Assembly (NCBI RefSeq): GCF_001194135.2
Contig: NC_068985.1
Location: 95,245,145-95,307,006, forward strand
Origin: Octopus bimaculoides
Taxonomy: Eukaryota
Reading direction: 5' to 3'
Length of the DNA stretch: 61,862 bases
Both the position numbers and the translations under genes were made by a program. Below are positions 13,215 to 26,190 of the stretch, piece after piece. Positions within the stretch are counted from its first letter, which is position 1, and every line of letters starts with the position of its first letter. The notes under the pieces were generated by a model. The model saw nothing but the letters and a program-made list of their open reading frames with translations, was not told the origin of the DNA and did no database searches.

Positions 13215-13900
13215 GTTCTGCATTTTGGTGAAACAAACTTGACACAAGTGGTGTATCTCCACGGCGTATTAACGAGTGAGGTGAAGCATGAAGCTGATGC
13301 GGAATCTACAGTAATTCTCCAGTCTCAACTTTCGATCCTGAGAAGAGAAGAAATTGCCATAAATGCCAATCCCGTGATTTTCAGTTTAGTTTTTGCGCTT
13401 AACTTCAGCTATTGACATGGCTACTAAGTAATAGTAGTATGATTGTCTTAATAGGGGTTCCTCTAAAGGATCTCTGCACTATCGTTACTCGACATGGTTC
13501 GTAGCTCTGTGTACAGAGAGTGTCTTTAGGTCTAGCCGCGACTTGGCCGCATTGAGAGGTCACGGCTCCAGTAGTACGGAAATGTGATTATAATGCCTGA
13601 GGAAGGAATCGCAAGAGAGATTCTTCAAACCCAGCCAACAGGTAGGAGAACGAACAGTATGTTAAGTACAAAATGGTTGGATAATATTCATTGGCTAAGT
13701 TGGTCGGGATTGAGAATCCAGCAAGAAAATTTAATAAGGATTGCTTCTGATAGGACACTATGATAGTGGTGCCTGAGGAATCACCGCGCATGACAGTCCC
13801 GGAAACAGTGGGCCGAGAAGATTAATAGATGCATAGAAGAATGGATTAATGGGTGGACGGCTGGCTGGATGGGTGGATTGATGGATGGATGGATGGGAGG
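13215..13900 (+). mobile_element. RTE-clade LINE, 3' end with (GGAT)n tail, degraded
   Basis: Translation RIERSRLQ*YGNVIIMPEEGIAREILQTQPTGRR...KWLDNIHWLSWSGLRI...IASDR matches the RTE C-terminal pattern (QLRWxGHVxRMPxxR...PxGKRxxGRPxxRW). A tandem tetranucleotide tail follows. Confidence 0.8.
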
Positions 13901-14631
13901 GTTGATGGGTAGAAAGTTATCATTAGTGCAATGTTAATTTGTATAGGTATCATATTGCAATATGATTGCCTATGGAGGACAAAACTCTGCTCCGGAACTA
14001 TGTATACTGGGAAATGTTTACTAATTGCTTCCTGCACGCTTTTACTAAAACGTTAAGGAGACGTATAAGAAATTATTTTCAAATATTTACGAATGATGCC
14101 GTCGTATTTTAATAGCTTTTTAATGTTTCCTTTAATTTGCATTTAAAATCTAACAAGAACATCCGTAATTGCCTGCGAATGTGGTCTGTCTCTTTGTCTA
14201 GTAAATAATTAAGAGTTATGCTGTTCTCTTTACTAATATCATCTATAAGAACCAGTTTATAATTTTATATTAACTTTGCATTATGATTTGGCGAACAGGA
14301 AATTTAAATTATCGTGTTCTTGAATTAATTGACATAATATTCCTGAATCTATGTAAAATTATTTTTTGCAATATAATTAATTATTCATAATTTGCAAGAG
14401 TAATCTAATTTTTTTTTTGTACTGCTTCAATAGTATAATGCATTTGCATTGTGTTCCGTGGCAAATGTACAATAATTATGCTGAATAATAATTCGAATTC
14501 TAAATTAATGAGATCTAAAATTTGTATCGAAGAAATATTATGAAATATATTAAATCATAATGCATTTATTTATTTAATGTGATAAGCAGATTACATAGAC
14601 GCAGTTATACCACCTGTATCGTCTTGGCGGA

Positions 14632-14695
14632 GGCGTGTATATGTTGTAAGAAGCTTGGTTCCCAAACACATGGCTTTAGGTTCAGCCCTGGGAAC
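14632..14695 (+). mobile_element. SINE family 'A' head fragment
   Basis: gtaagaagcttggttcccaaacacatggctttaggttcagccc resembles the family A head. Confidence 0.4.
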
Positions 14696-14871
14696 AGTGA
14701 GCAAACATCTCGAGAAGTACGTGGAACAAATAGGAGCACTTGCAGAAAACAGCACTGCTTGGAACTGCTCCAATACTTCGGAAAGTGCTCGAAAAATAAG
14801 GTGTTACCTTAGTTCACTGGTAGTGAACCGCTAACTCCGTAGTACATCTCCGGCGTTTAGAAGCTGTGCAA

Positions 14872-14924
14872 TGGCAACAGCAACAACAACAACAATATTA
14901 ATAATAATAGTAATAATAATGATG

Positions 14925-14972
<48 letters not shown>
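14872..14972. repeat. (CAA)n/(AAT)n compound microsatellite
   Basis: Directly visible. Confidence 0.95.
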
Positions 14973-14979
14973 GATAATA

Positions 14980-15350
14980 GATGCAGGGGTGCATACCAAC
15001 TACTTGATTGAAGCTGAAAAATAACAGATTGGAAGGGACCAAACCCAGATGGAGCCCTAGGTTATTGACCGAAAGCATGTAAACTTGTGCATAAAAGAAA
15101 GAAAGGATCGTTGAACATCTTGAGGAATACCTTCAGCATAGGCAGATGCTGAGTGGACGATGTCTTGAAGGATAATCTATATAAACACCTGGGATGCAGC
15201 AATCGACTTCCAATACAATACAGGAGTGCAAGGAAGCAAAGTGGATCCACCAGTTGTTAGTTCATAAAATGGCAATGAGAAATTCGAGACGGAGGTTTAT
15301 GAGATTCAATTAATATGGTTTGATTGAAAAATGTATACGATGTGAGGTTG
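14980..15350 (+). mobile_element. R4/Dong-like LINE, RT N-terminal fragment, degraded
   Basis: KITDWKGPNPDGALGY*PKACKLVHKR resembles NWKAPGPDGxxGYWLK. Later segments QLLVHKMAMRNSRRR and NMV*...VYDV resemble QLLIDK...MxWIDYKKAYD. Confidence 0.7.
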
Positions 15351-16243
15351 CAGTGTTGGATAATTAAAACTATGATCATATTTGGAATTGTAGAAAGTAT
15401 GGAGAAATTGGCCAATCAATGTACGAAAACGTTGGAACACTGACGTCATATTTATGTATATATANNNNNNNNNNNNNNNNNNNNNNNNNNNNNNNNNNNN
15501 NNNNNNNNNNNNNNNNNNNNNNNNNNNNNNNNNNNNNNNNNNNNNNNNNNNNNNNNNNNNNNNNNNNNNNNNNNNNNNNNNNNNNNNNNNNNNNNNNNNN
15601 NNNNNNNNNNNNNNNNNNNNNNNNNNNNNNNNNNNNNNNNNNNNNNNNNNNNNNNNNNNNNNNNNNNNNNNNNNNNNNNNNNNNNNNNNNNNNNNNNNNN
15701 NNNNNNNNNNNNNNNNNNNNNNNNNNNNNNNNNNNNNNNNNNNNNNNNNNNNNNNNNNNNNNNNNNNNNNNNNNNNNNNNNNNNNNNNNNNNNNNNNNNN
15801 NNNNNNNNNNNNNNNNNNNNNNNNNNNNNNNNNNNNNNNNNNNNNNNNNNNNNNNNNNNNNNNNNNNNNNNNNNNNNNNNNNNNNNNNNNNNNNNNNNNN
15901 NNNNNNNNNNNNNNNNNNNNNNNNNNNNNNNNNNNNNNNNNNNNNNNNNNNNNNNNNNNNNNNNNNNNNNNNNNNNNNNNNNNNNNNNNNNNNNNNNNNN
16001 NNNNNNNNNNNNNNNNNNNNNNNNNNNNNNNNNNNNNNNNNNNNNNNNNNNNNNNNNNNNNNNNNNNNNNNNNNNNNNNNNNNNNNNNNNNNNNNNNNNN
16101 NNNNNNNNNNNNNNNNNNNNNNNNNNNNNNNNNNNNNNNNNNNNNNNNNNNNNNNNNNNNNNNNNNNNNNNNNNNNNNNNNNNNNNNNNNNNNNNNNNNN
16201 NNNNNNNNNNNNNNNNNNNNNNNNNNNNNNNNNNNNNNNNNNN

Positions 16244-16286
<43 letters not shown>

Positions 16287-19200
16287 ATGTAGAATAAACG
16301 AATTGAAACACTTTATTGTATCCCAAATATCGCATAACGTTTACACTTTTCACAATCATAGTCGTTTAACTGACATTCATATGTAACGCTAGTTCTTCAT
16401 GAGAAAAATGTAATTTATACCAATGTTATTTACTAATGTAATTTGGGAGGCATTGCTAGAATATAACTGCGTGTGAATTCGACAGCTTCTATACATGTTT
16501 GTTTGTTAAATATAGGAACTACGTCATTTATATTTTATCGGTGAGATAAAGAAATAATCAAAAATGGAAGGGTACCAATTGTAGTCAGGGTGTCTAAGGA
16601 AAATAAATTTAATACCTAACTTCGTTGATAAGACAAAATTCCGAGTTCACGTTGGTAAATACCTAAAAAATTTAGCAGTAGATAAAAAAAGGTGTTGTAC
16701 GTACTTAGTCACATGTACGTGCGCACAAATACCCATTCCCGCATTTATATTTCACATATCGTCGTATACACATACATTAACCGACATATGTATGTATAAG
16801 TACGACTAATTATGCACACATTCATGTATACAAATTGTAATGTAAATAAAAATATACACATGTACAAATATACACATGTTCTATATCTGCATTATCAGCT
16901 ACCAGAGACTTCACGAACATTAATTGTCCCGTCCACGTTGGTCACAATTGCATCAATAATTGTGTTTTTATCGGCAGTTAGTTATCTCTCAGTTGGTCCA
17001 GACAATGAACACCAGCATCATACCAGGTGTATTGTTAGTACAATGTATATTAACTAAAATGTTCCTTGTTAGTAAATATGGAAATTGAATGCATTGTTAT
17101 ATGATATAACGTTATAATGAGAATTGCTCTCGGAAGTGTATCTATGTTTATCACAGCCCTTTGTATATTAATTGTCTGTCGGTTTATATGTGAATTTAAA
17201 AGCATGTTGTAAGAGAAATTATGAAAATTTCTATATTTCAAAACGAATATTGTTTATGAACCATAATTTGTCACAAATTTCCATAGGCAAATAAGATGAA
17301 ACTTATAATTATGTTATCTCAAAATGATGCCACATAAATCTTAGACAATAAAACCCCTTGTGATTGTTTCGCTATAAACTTGAGAAGAATTGAATATCCA
17401 ATGTTAATAAAATGCAAATATATTAGAGATATATTGAATAAGTTAAAATTATGTTGGAGTTAATTGTTCCTTACACTTCATACTTTAAGAATATCCTACG
17501 TAATAACTTATTAAAAACATTAGAAATTTAAATATAACTGAATAACTGATTTAAACGTTGTAATTTTGGCATTCAATATTTTTTTTGATGAACAATAAAG
17601 ATTGTTTTTTAAAACATCAGGAATAAACGAAAGAACTAAGAGACTTATGTTTAGGCAATTTCGAATTTCAGTGGGCAAGCGACTTTGTTGTATATTTCTT
17701 TTATTGTTAATTTATATTCCAATTATAAGAAAATGCAAATTTTTTCTCAGTTTAATGCTTCTAAAATTTCCCATTATCTCTTCTATCAAAACTTTTGTGT
17801 CCATCGCAAGCAATTATAATTTGATTGGAGTGATTAATTTCATGCGATGAATATTAATAGATGACTGTGTTGAAAAGAGTCGATCAGGAAAATGTAGTCA
17901 TTTAATCTTTTGTATGGAAAAAAATCTTAAATGCAGGTCCCTTCAATATCACGATATTTCTCTTTACTCTTGGTCATAGCTAATTTTCTCAAAATGTTGG
18001 ATATGTTCCTATACAAGAACTTTATTGAAGAGCACAGTGATTGCTAGTCATTTGATCCTTTCAACCTAGCTTTAACTATGGGGGTTGCAGATTTGCTTGC
18101 GTATAGATTTCAAGTCTAGTTGATAACCTTGACTTCGGATTCTCCCTCTGTTATTTGTGGATTTTACAGAATCGAAGACAAATGTACACTAGCGCTCTGG
18201 AAATAAGATCAATTGCCTCTCTATCATTTTGTTATATTCTTATTAACAAAAATATCTACCTGTTTGTTTGTTTTTTAATATATATATTTAATATGAGCGA
18301 ATGTGCGTGTTTTTAGGCAGCTGAAAATGGACAACCGTTTCCTTAAGTAAAACTTGCCTAAAGGAAAATAGAAAGTGTACGCTGCAATGTTAAAAACAAT
18401 TAGAGTTACCATGTCATAACATACGTACGCTTATGTTATACATTATAAAATAAGATTATAAGAACAAATACGTTTTGAAACGTCTATGTTGACAACGTTA
18501 CAAAGAAGTCGGACAAGATGGATTTCTGGATTGAATAGCAGCCACAGGACCAAGGCTGTATTTTCCTCCCTGCGAAGTACATCCAAAAGGCAAAGAAGTG
18601 TACCTTATATATGTGTGTACTGGAAAACAGGGACAGGGGGATAATTGTAATCAAATTAATAGTTGGATGATATACTACATCATATGTGGACAAATCTCTA
18701 TTCATAATCCAATATAGCTAGTCTACGGTCGCAGAGAAATTCCCGTGAGAAATTGACAAGACCTGGTTTAGGGTCGAAACCATATATATATATATATCAA
18801 TCCAGACGTTGTTGTAGCTTATATATATGAAAAGAAGCTCAAAATTCGTAGTCCATACTGGAAGGACTAATAATGTGGAGTAGGCTCCAGAAGCATATCT
18901 GCTACCGGCTCAAGTAATATAAATTTATTACGTATATATCTAATGTCTAAAGTTTCGTCAGAATTTGTGAATGTTGGTTTTGAAGATGTATAAGAATTGA
19001 CCACTGAGAAAAGTAGGAAACACCACACGAGAAAAAAACTCTTATTCATTTTATTGGGAGTGAATCAAATACTAGCAGGGATAAAAAGAGAGACACACAT
19101 TACATGACTTATCTGTTTGCTGTTGATAGATAATATTCTTTGCTCAGTCCTCATTGCGGTGAAAAATTAGGAAGCGCGAAAGACGGGAGCCTCCCATGAT

Positions 19201-19790
19201 AGAATAGATGGTAGACGGATCCGCTCCACTAGTTAAGGGGCAAAAGGGAATAGTTAATCTGTAAGCAAGAGTAAAAATTGGGCAGAGACTTTGCCTACTC
19301 TCAGTAAAGAGATTGTTATTGTTCAGGTCCAAAAACCGATCGTCTTATCATACGAGGACATTTTATTCAAGGATTCAGAAAACAAATTCCAAAGATAAAT
19401 AGAGTTGGATCATCTTCAACGTTGTATCATTGACCCGTATAAAGTGAATTTGTGATAAACATGTACATTTTGTTTTTGAATTCATTTTAGCACATATTTC
19501 ACTGTATTTTTGAATAATGTTCGCTGGGAATAATGGAGTAGAGCAATCAATAACAAAATAGGTTGTTAACTTTTCTAGGAGTCAGTTGGTTTCGTTCGTC
19601 AGGTTAGATGCACTGCAAAAATTGCTGACGCTATATCGCAGTTGTATTTTGGAAAATTAACAACATGCTGAACTGCATCAGCCGAAATATTAACGGTAAG
19701 AATAAAAAAGTGGACCATTTTTTATATGCTTTTTATTCTTTTCTGCAGGGTCATTAGGCATTTCTCTTTGACACATCAACATGCGGGACA

Positions 19791-19829
<39 letters not shown>

Positions 19830-20339
19830 NNNNNNNNNNNNNNNNNNNNNNNNNNNNNNNNNNNNNNNNNNNNNNNNNNNNNNNNNNNNNNNNNNNNNNN
19901 NNNNNNNNNNNNNNNNNNNNNNNNNNNNNNNNNNNNNNNNNNNNNNNNNNNNNNNNNNNNNNNNNNNNNNNNNNNNNNNNNNNNNNNNNNNNNNNNNNNN
20001 NNNNNNNNNNNNNNNNNNNNNNNNNNNNNNNNNNNNNNNNNNNNNNNNNNNNNNNNNNNNNNNNNNNNNNNNNNNNNNNNNNNNNNNNNNNNNNNNNNNN
20101 NNNNNNNNNNNNNNNNNNNNNNNNNNNNNNNNNNNNNNNNNNNNNNNNNNNNNNNNNNNNNNNNNNNNNNNNNNNNNNNNNNNNNNNNNNTTTTCATAAT
20201 CTTCCTACGTTTGTTTCGGTTTTCTCGTCCTTTAATTCATATATATATATATATATGATGCAATTCACGCTGCCGAAAATTTGGTAACGACATTCTGTAC
20301 TGCCTGGCATTCGCACCGGAAGATCCAATACGAATATTT

Positions 20340-20422
20340 TAGAACTTAGAACATAAACAGCCAGAAGAAAAACCACCAGGTATTGTGTCCAACATGCTAA
20401 TGATTCTACCATTCCGGCATTC
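20340..20422 (-). mobile_element. SINE family 'B' head fragment
   Basis: The reverse complement ggtagaatcattagcatgttggac...gttctaagttc resembles the family B head. Confidence 0.5.
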
Positions 20423-22584
20423 AAAATTTTAAAGACTAATCAGTGTATAAGCGATACAAGATTACAGACATCAGGCATAGGCGTAGCTCACCACTATCAC
20501 ATAGCTGTGGCTATAAAATAATCTAGTCAAAATATAACATTAAATCTATGAATTGATTTATTTCATGTAAAATAGGCATATTTTATCAAGTAAAAATATC
20601 AGCTCTCTGTTTTCGCTGTAAATTGTACAAAATAAAAAAAAAAGATGTTATAAAATCAGAAAAGAAATAGTGCATGCGACAGTAAACAGGTAGTATGATA
20701 GGCGGTTCTGTTCATTAATGAAAAAAAAAGAATACATTTTAAACTAAAGCCTGCAATTAATGTGTGAAATAGAAGAGTAATATATGGATAATCAACAAAG
20801 AAAGAGGTGCAAACGTATTTCCAGCTGAATATTTTATGTCAATGGAAGTCTCACTGAAATAACATATGTGAAAGATATAAAGTGATTATTAAAAAAGGCT
20901 CAGTCAGTTACTGATTTACATGAAAATCATTTAGACAACATACATGCAACAACAAAACAGCCTTAGTACTCTATAGATAACAGGACTTAATAACATTAAG
21001 ACGAAGAGATAAATTAAATACTGGTGTAACTCAAAGTGCATGTAAGTGTTAAAATACAGTGAAACACTGCATGACATATAGTCAGTTTACTTTTATAATA
21101 ATGTTCGGCATCGTAGCAAACTTCCAGATATTTTCTGTCGGAAACTAAATTCATTTATCAAGTTAAAATGTGGAGCAAGTTAAATACAAACGAATAATAA
21201 AATAATTTCACTGTGAAATAGGAAAAGGACTAACGATTCAAGCAATAATACATTTAAAAAGCAGTATTGTTATTCTCGTCAATTAAAATAGGTAGATCAG
21301 GAGCACAGAAGAAGAGGAGATGAGAGAGTAAATAGCTAAATACGAGAAAATACATTAGTCCCACCAATACTATTTCTTGTATGGTTCAGGTTAGAGTATA
21401 CAATATATCACATGGAGAGATTCCGAAACTACCATGTTCTGGGTAAAACGATAACCTGATGATATTATTGAACATCGTTCATATAAATTCAAAAGAACGT
21501 GCACACGTTTGTGATGATAGTATTTGGGCTAACAATGACTAACAATGATTAACATTTTCTATCATTTGAGAGAAGTGTCACGTATTGCGTACATAAGGGT
21601 ATTAGCAATCCGAAGTAATTGGTACTGTAAAACTCAACACTTTAGTGAAGCTGTCAAACTGATATTTGTGATTAATACCAAATATAATGCGCACCTCTTT
21701 CCAATGATTGATGCTTCAGATCCACGTACGTAATATATATATATAACAATGTCAGTCTGTCTCTTTGTATGTACGTGTGAATGTATGTATATAATGATAC
21801 CTCTATGGGAACGTGTTTCGAATAACCTGTCTATACGTTTCTGATGAAGTAATATTTATAGTTTCATTTTGAATTGTGTGTGCAGTATGTTTAGATCATA
21901 TGTCCTTTTTCCATGCCCACAGTTCAAGAGAGCCATCTGAAAACATTTCAACTACTTTATCAACAATAATTTTTATGTCCTCAAATTATTTTCTTTCAGA
22001 ATGTAAACATTTGTATTCAACGATTTATTCATTATTAAAAGCAACATAAGAAGAAAATGTCATATTTCGTTTGTATAAATCTGGAAGTCTTTTTAACATG
22101 ATCTAATTAATTAATTAATATAATCATGTCTATCTTAGGATAAGTAGACACGCGTATTTGATTAAGAGAGAAAATATCAATTAATCATAATATTAATTGA
22201 CAAACATTGTAAGATGAAATATGTTTTAAACAGATAGTATATGTTCTCATGATGAAATATTCGAATGAAAATTATATTCATATGCAAGATAATATAATTG
22301 TGAATTTTTAAAAGAGAACAATGCACAATAGCTGTTTAAGCGTGTGGAACTGTTGAGCATTCTTCATCTTCATGATTGACTATTCGATTTTACAGTCGTA
22401 AAACTTCGCTTACATTATTTATTTAAGCTTATTTCTTTATTTTGGGGCAAGGTTAAAGTAAGTGAACAGGGAAAGAAAACAAGTTAAGAATGTATTAAGA
22501 ATGGGGGAAATAAAAATATGTATCGTATTGCATCACATGGCCACAATGCAATGAGAATTATATTGTGGAATAAGATGTCTAGTT

Positions 22585-22760
22585 GGCACAATCGTTGGCA
22601 CGCCGTCCGTCCTTACACTCTGAATTCAAATTCCGCCAAGATCAACTTTGCTTTTCATTCTTTCATGGTCTATAAAATAGAAAACCAGAGGAACACTGGA
22701 GTCGATGCAATAAATTTACCCATCCCTCAAAATTGCCGGCCTTGTGCCAAAATTTGAAAC
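22585..22760 (+). mobile_element. SINE family 'B' variant, degraded
   Basis: ctgaattcaaattccgccaagatcaactttgc...ggagtcgatgcaat...ggccttgtgccaaaattt. Confidence 0.55.
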
Positions 22761-22799
22761 TGATTGTATTTTGTCAGGTCACTTATGAGGCTCTGACAA

Positions 22800-24045
22800 G
22801 TACTACTGGTAACGTGGTACCTGGTACAACCTATTGTATGGTGGGGTTGTCGACGACTAAGCCAGCACCCCCACCAGGCTACTCTGCTGAGGATGGTTGC
22901 AAGAAACCCATCAGGATTAAAACAAGAACTGTTGAAGAGTCTTATGAACCTACTGCAGGTTGACCGGCTATGTACCAATAGCACGGGTTCGCAGAAATTC
23001 TGGGATGATGTCCAGCGTGTTAGAACACCACTGGCAGTGAGGCACCCCTCAATTTTTGTTGAGGCATCGCTCTGATATAAAACCACATAAGCAGGGAATG
23101 GTAGTGGACATTTTGGGGATCTTTGGTTTGTGTTAGAGATCATGGCACTCCCATTCCCTGAGCTTCCGACTCATGTTTGCACCAAGAATCTTGTTCTGGC
23201 TTGTTTCTGGATACTGTCAATAGACTGGAGATGGTCTATGAGGTGTCCTGCAAGCATTATTGGACCTAAAATCTGCACAGGCATTACTGACCTCTGCTCG
23301 ATATGTGCTTCTGTTTCCCCCCCCATATATATTTAGTTCATTTTCAGCATATATGTATATTCATTTTGGTATATATTTATTTATTTTAGTATATATTTAT
23401 CTTTAGCATATATTAATTTATTTTTAGTATATATTTATTTTATTTTATTTCCGAAGACCTACGACGATGGAAAGATGGCAAAGCATGAAGACCTGACGTG
23501 TTGGAAATATGAAGTCAGCGACCTGGACGTAGGCAACCCATGCTAGATATAAAGCCGTCTCCTTGTCGCCCAAGACAGCTATAAGATTCGGTTGTTGCAT
23601 GGGTGTCTGAAAAGCTCCATTTGGAGAGGTTGTAGAAACGGTGAACCAAAAATTGCCTGTATCATATATTTAGCGCGACTGATAGATACACGCCTTGCGC
23701 TAGAATAACAAAGATAGGTTTTCTTTACAAAATATGGATGGAACTTGAACATTTCATCTACTTGTCTAGGCTGCTGAAACACTAGGATATGCTACTACCA
23801 GACACAAAGACTGGTTTGATGAAAATGATGCTGAAGTTCACCGACTATCGGTTGTAATGCGCCATACCCACAATGCATTACTGCACGGAAGACTTTCAGG
23901 TGTGCAGTGAAATCTAGCTCTTGCCCACTATAGCAGTGTAAAATCACCACTTCAACGATCTCTCAGGAAGTTACACAACACTTGGTGGGAGAATCTTGCT
24001 CGTGATGTTCAGGTTGCTGCTGATACAAATGACAGCATGAAGTAA
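22800..24045 (+). mobile_element. RTE (BovB-like) LINE, 5' portion (UTR, endonuclease remnants, linker), degraded and interrupted by AT-rich sequence at ~23330-23450
   Basis: 23770-24045 translates AAETLGYATTRHKDWFDENDAEVHRL...SPLQRSLRKLHNTWWENLARDVQVAADTND, the characteristic RTE/BovB linker. Near 23180-23240, KNLVLAC...LDTVNR resembles the RTE ORF start. Assignment of 22800-23330 to the same copy is inferred. Confidence 0.75.
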
Positions 24046-24064
24046 TTTTTAATTTTAGTCATAT

Positions 24065-24127
<63 letters not shown>

Positions 24128-24340
24128 GGAGTCGAAAGCCTCATAGAAATAATTTCATTTGAAATGCGTTTTAACTTGACGATCTATTGCAGTTATTTAT
24201 ATAACATACAAAATTCTATAGAAATGAAAATAAATTGTAAAAAGTATATAGTAAAATGGAAACAAATACAGATGCACAAGCACACACATGTGTAAGTATA
24301 TATTCATGCATATAAACATATATGGGAGAATGTACGAAGA

Positions 24341-24490
24341 AACAACAACAGACGAGGACAGGTGGTGTAAATAACAAAAGGATGTATTAGTATGACGCTC
24401 GGGAATACGGAAAGTCTTTGACGCTTCGAGCTACGCTCTTCAACAGAAAGAATACGGAGACAAGGAGAAAAACATGGAGAGAAAAAAAAT
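24341..24490 (-). mobile_element. Hammerhead-bearing short repeat module (probable Penelope-like element terminus), copy 1
   Basis: Minus strand: TCTTT-CTGTTGA-A-GAGC gta GCTC-GAAG-CGTC-AAAGA, then ttcccGAGCGTC..CTAATAC..cacctgtcctcgt. Shared with 41652-41810 and 50263-50417. Confidence 0.6.
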
Positions 24491-25978
24491 TGAATAGTGT
24501 ATAAACATATACATATATGTGCGTGTTTGTGTGTCTGTACGTAATCAGTTTGCTTCCGATAAATCAGAGGAAGGCACACCTACTACAAAGATAAAAATAT
24601 TTTCATAAAACAGTTACAGGAGCTTCAATATAAACATTTATAAAGTGTCGTATGTTGGTGTGTGGTGAATATTTATATACACACTTGGGTTTTCCTGTAC
24701 TTGCACATCTCTCAGTGTAATGTATGCATCTGTATTCGTGTGAGATTCTATAAATATATTTTCCAGACAGGTTTTTATTTGCTCTCTCACTCCCTGTCAG
24801 CAAATTATAAATACATTAATATTTTCATGACAAAGTGCATCACAATTATCTTAATTCTCACGCTTGCATTATCCTTTAGTTGTCCAACATATCCAGACAT
24901 AGCCTGGAGGGATCACAAATAGTTGTTAATCACTCTATTTGCACATTTACTGTTCAGAACTCCGTTGGATATCAAACCTGTTATTCTTGACCTAATAACC
25001 TCAACTCAAATACTGAAATCAGGTTGGTGTATTAAGTGTATGCCCATATATGAATATTAATATCGATATGTGTAAATGTGCCTAAGCTTTGGTGTGCGCA
25101 TAGTTCTGCATGTGATTTCAGTGTGAATATTTTCATACTGTATTCCTATCTGCGCACTTCTAAGTTGTTATTTGCAGATAATCAGTCAAATTATTGATGC
25201 ATCTCAATAACTATAATCTTCTCCTTACCCAGTAAAGTTGATATTAAAAAAAAAACGTATTGAGGTTCATGTATTATGTGCTAAACGAAATCCTGGGCTC
25301 TCTATATTCGAAAAGCCATCTAAATTCAATGTCCTCATAAAGCGCTTATCCATGAATGATATCACATATACTGCTTTATCCTCTCTTCTTGCCATTACGT
25401 CCATGAAATAAATATAATCTCTCATAAAGTGGTGCTTCAAATTTGTTATTCACTGATTGAGAATCGATATTTTCTAGATTTTCAACTCTAATATCAAATT
25501 TAGTTGTTGTTACTAATAGAACATGAGCATGGACAGGATAAACATTTTCAGAACTTCATTTAAGTTCTAAAGTTAGCACATTCTTAATCTTATTAATTAT
25601 GATAATATTACAGACATACGGATTATATGTGTGTTCTGTTTGTATACACGTTTGAAAACGTGATTAAGCGGTGATTGGTTCGCTTCTTAAAGCCAATCCT
25701 GTCATGCATCATGGTTCCTCATTTATTCTGCACCAATTTACTAAGCAGGAATGAATTCCAACAGAAATCTGGTGTAACCATTACAAATCCAAATGTCACA
25801 TCTTCGATCTTCCGATCGGTCAGCGGCATGAATTCGGAGGTGTTGTGTCTGCTTACAGATATATAGTGTATTGAAACAATGACAGCATACATGACCTCGG
25901 CTATCATGCTCTTTCGTAGTCGCAGCTGAATAACGTTCGCCATTCTGTAAAGCACATTTCGCAATAAAATATGCGTAT

Positions 25979-26190
25979 GGGCGCTGGTAAGAAGCGTACT
26001 TCCCAACCACATGGTTTCAGGTTCAGTTCCACTGCGTGGAAGTTTGGGAAAGTGTTTAACTTCCACCGAGTCCGACTTTGCCTTTCATCCTTCCGATCGA
26101 TAAATTAAATACCAGTTCCGTACTGGGTTCAATCTAATCAACTCGCCTCCACCCCCAAAATATTGGGCCTTGTTCCTAGAGTAGAAAATG
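25979..26190 (+). mobile_element. Chimeric SINE: family A head fused to family B body and tail
   Basis: 25979-26058 matches the A head (ggtaagaagc...cccaaccacatggtt...ggttcagttccactgcgtgg). From ~26061 it matches the B body (ccaccgag.ccgactttgcctttcatcc...). Confidence 0.6.
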
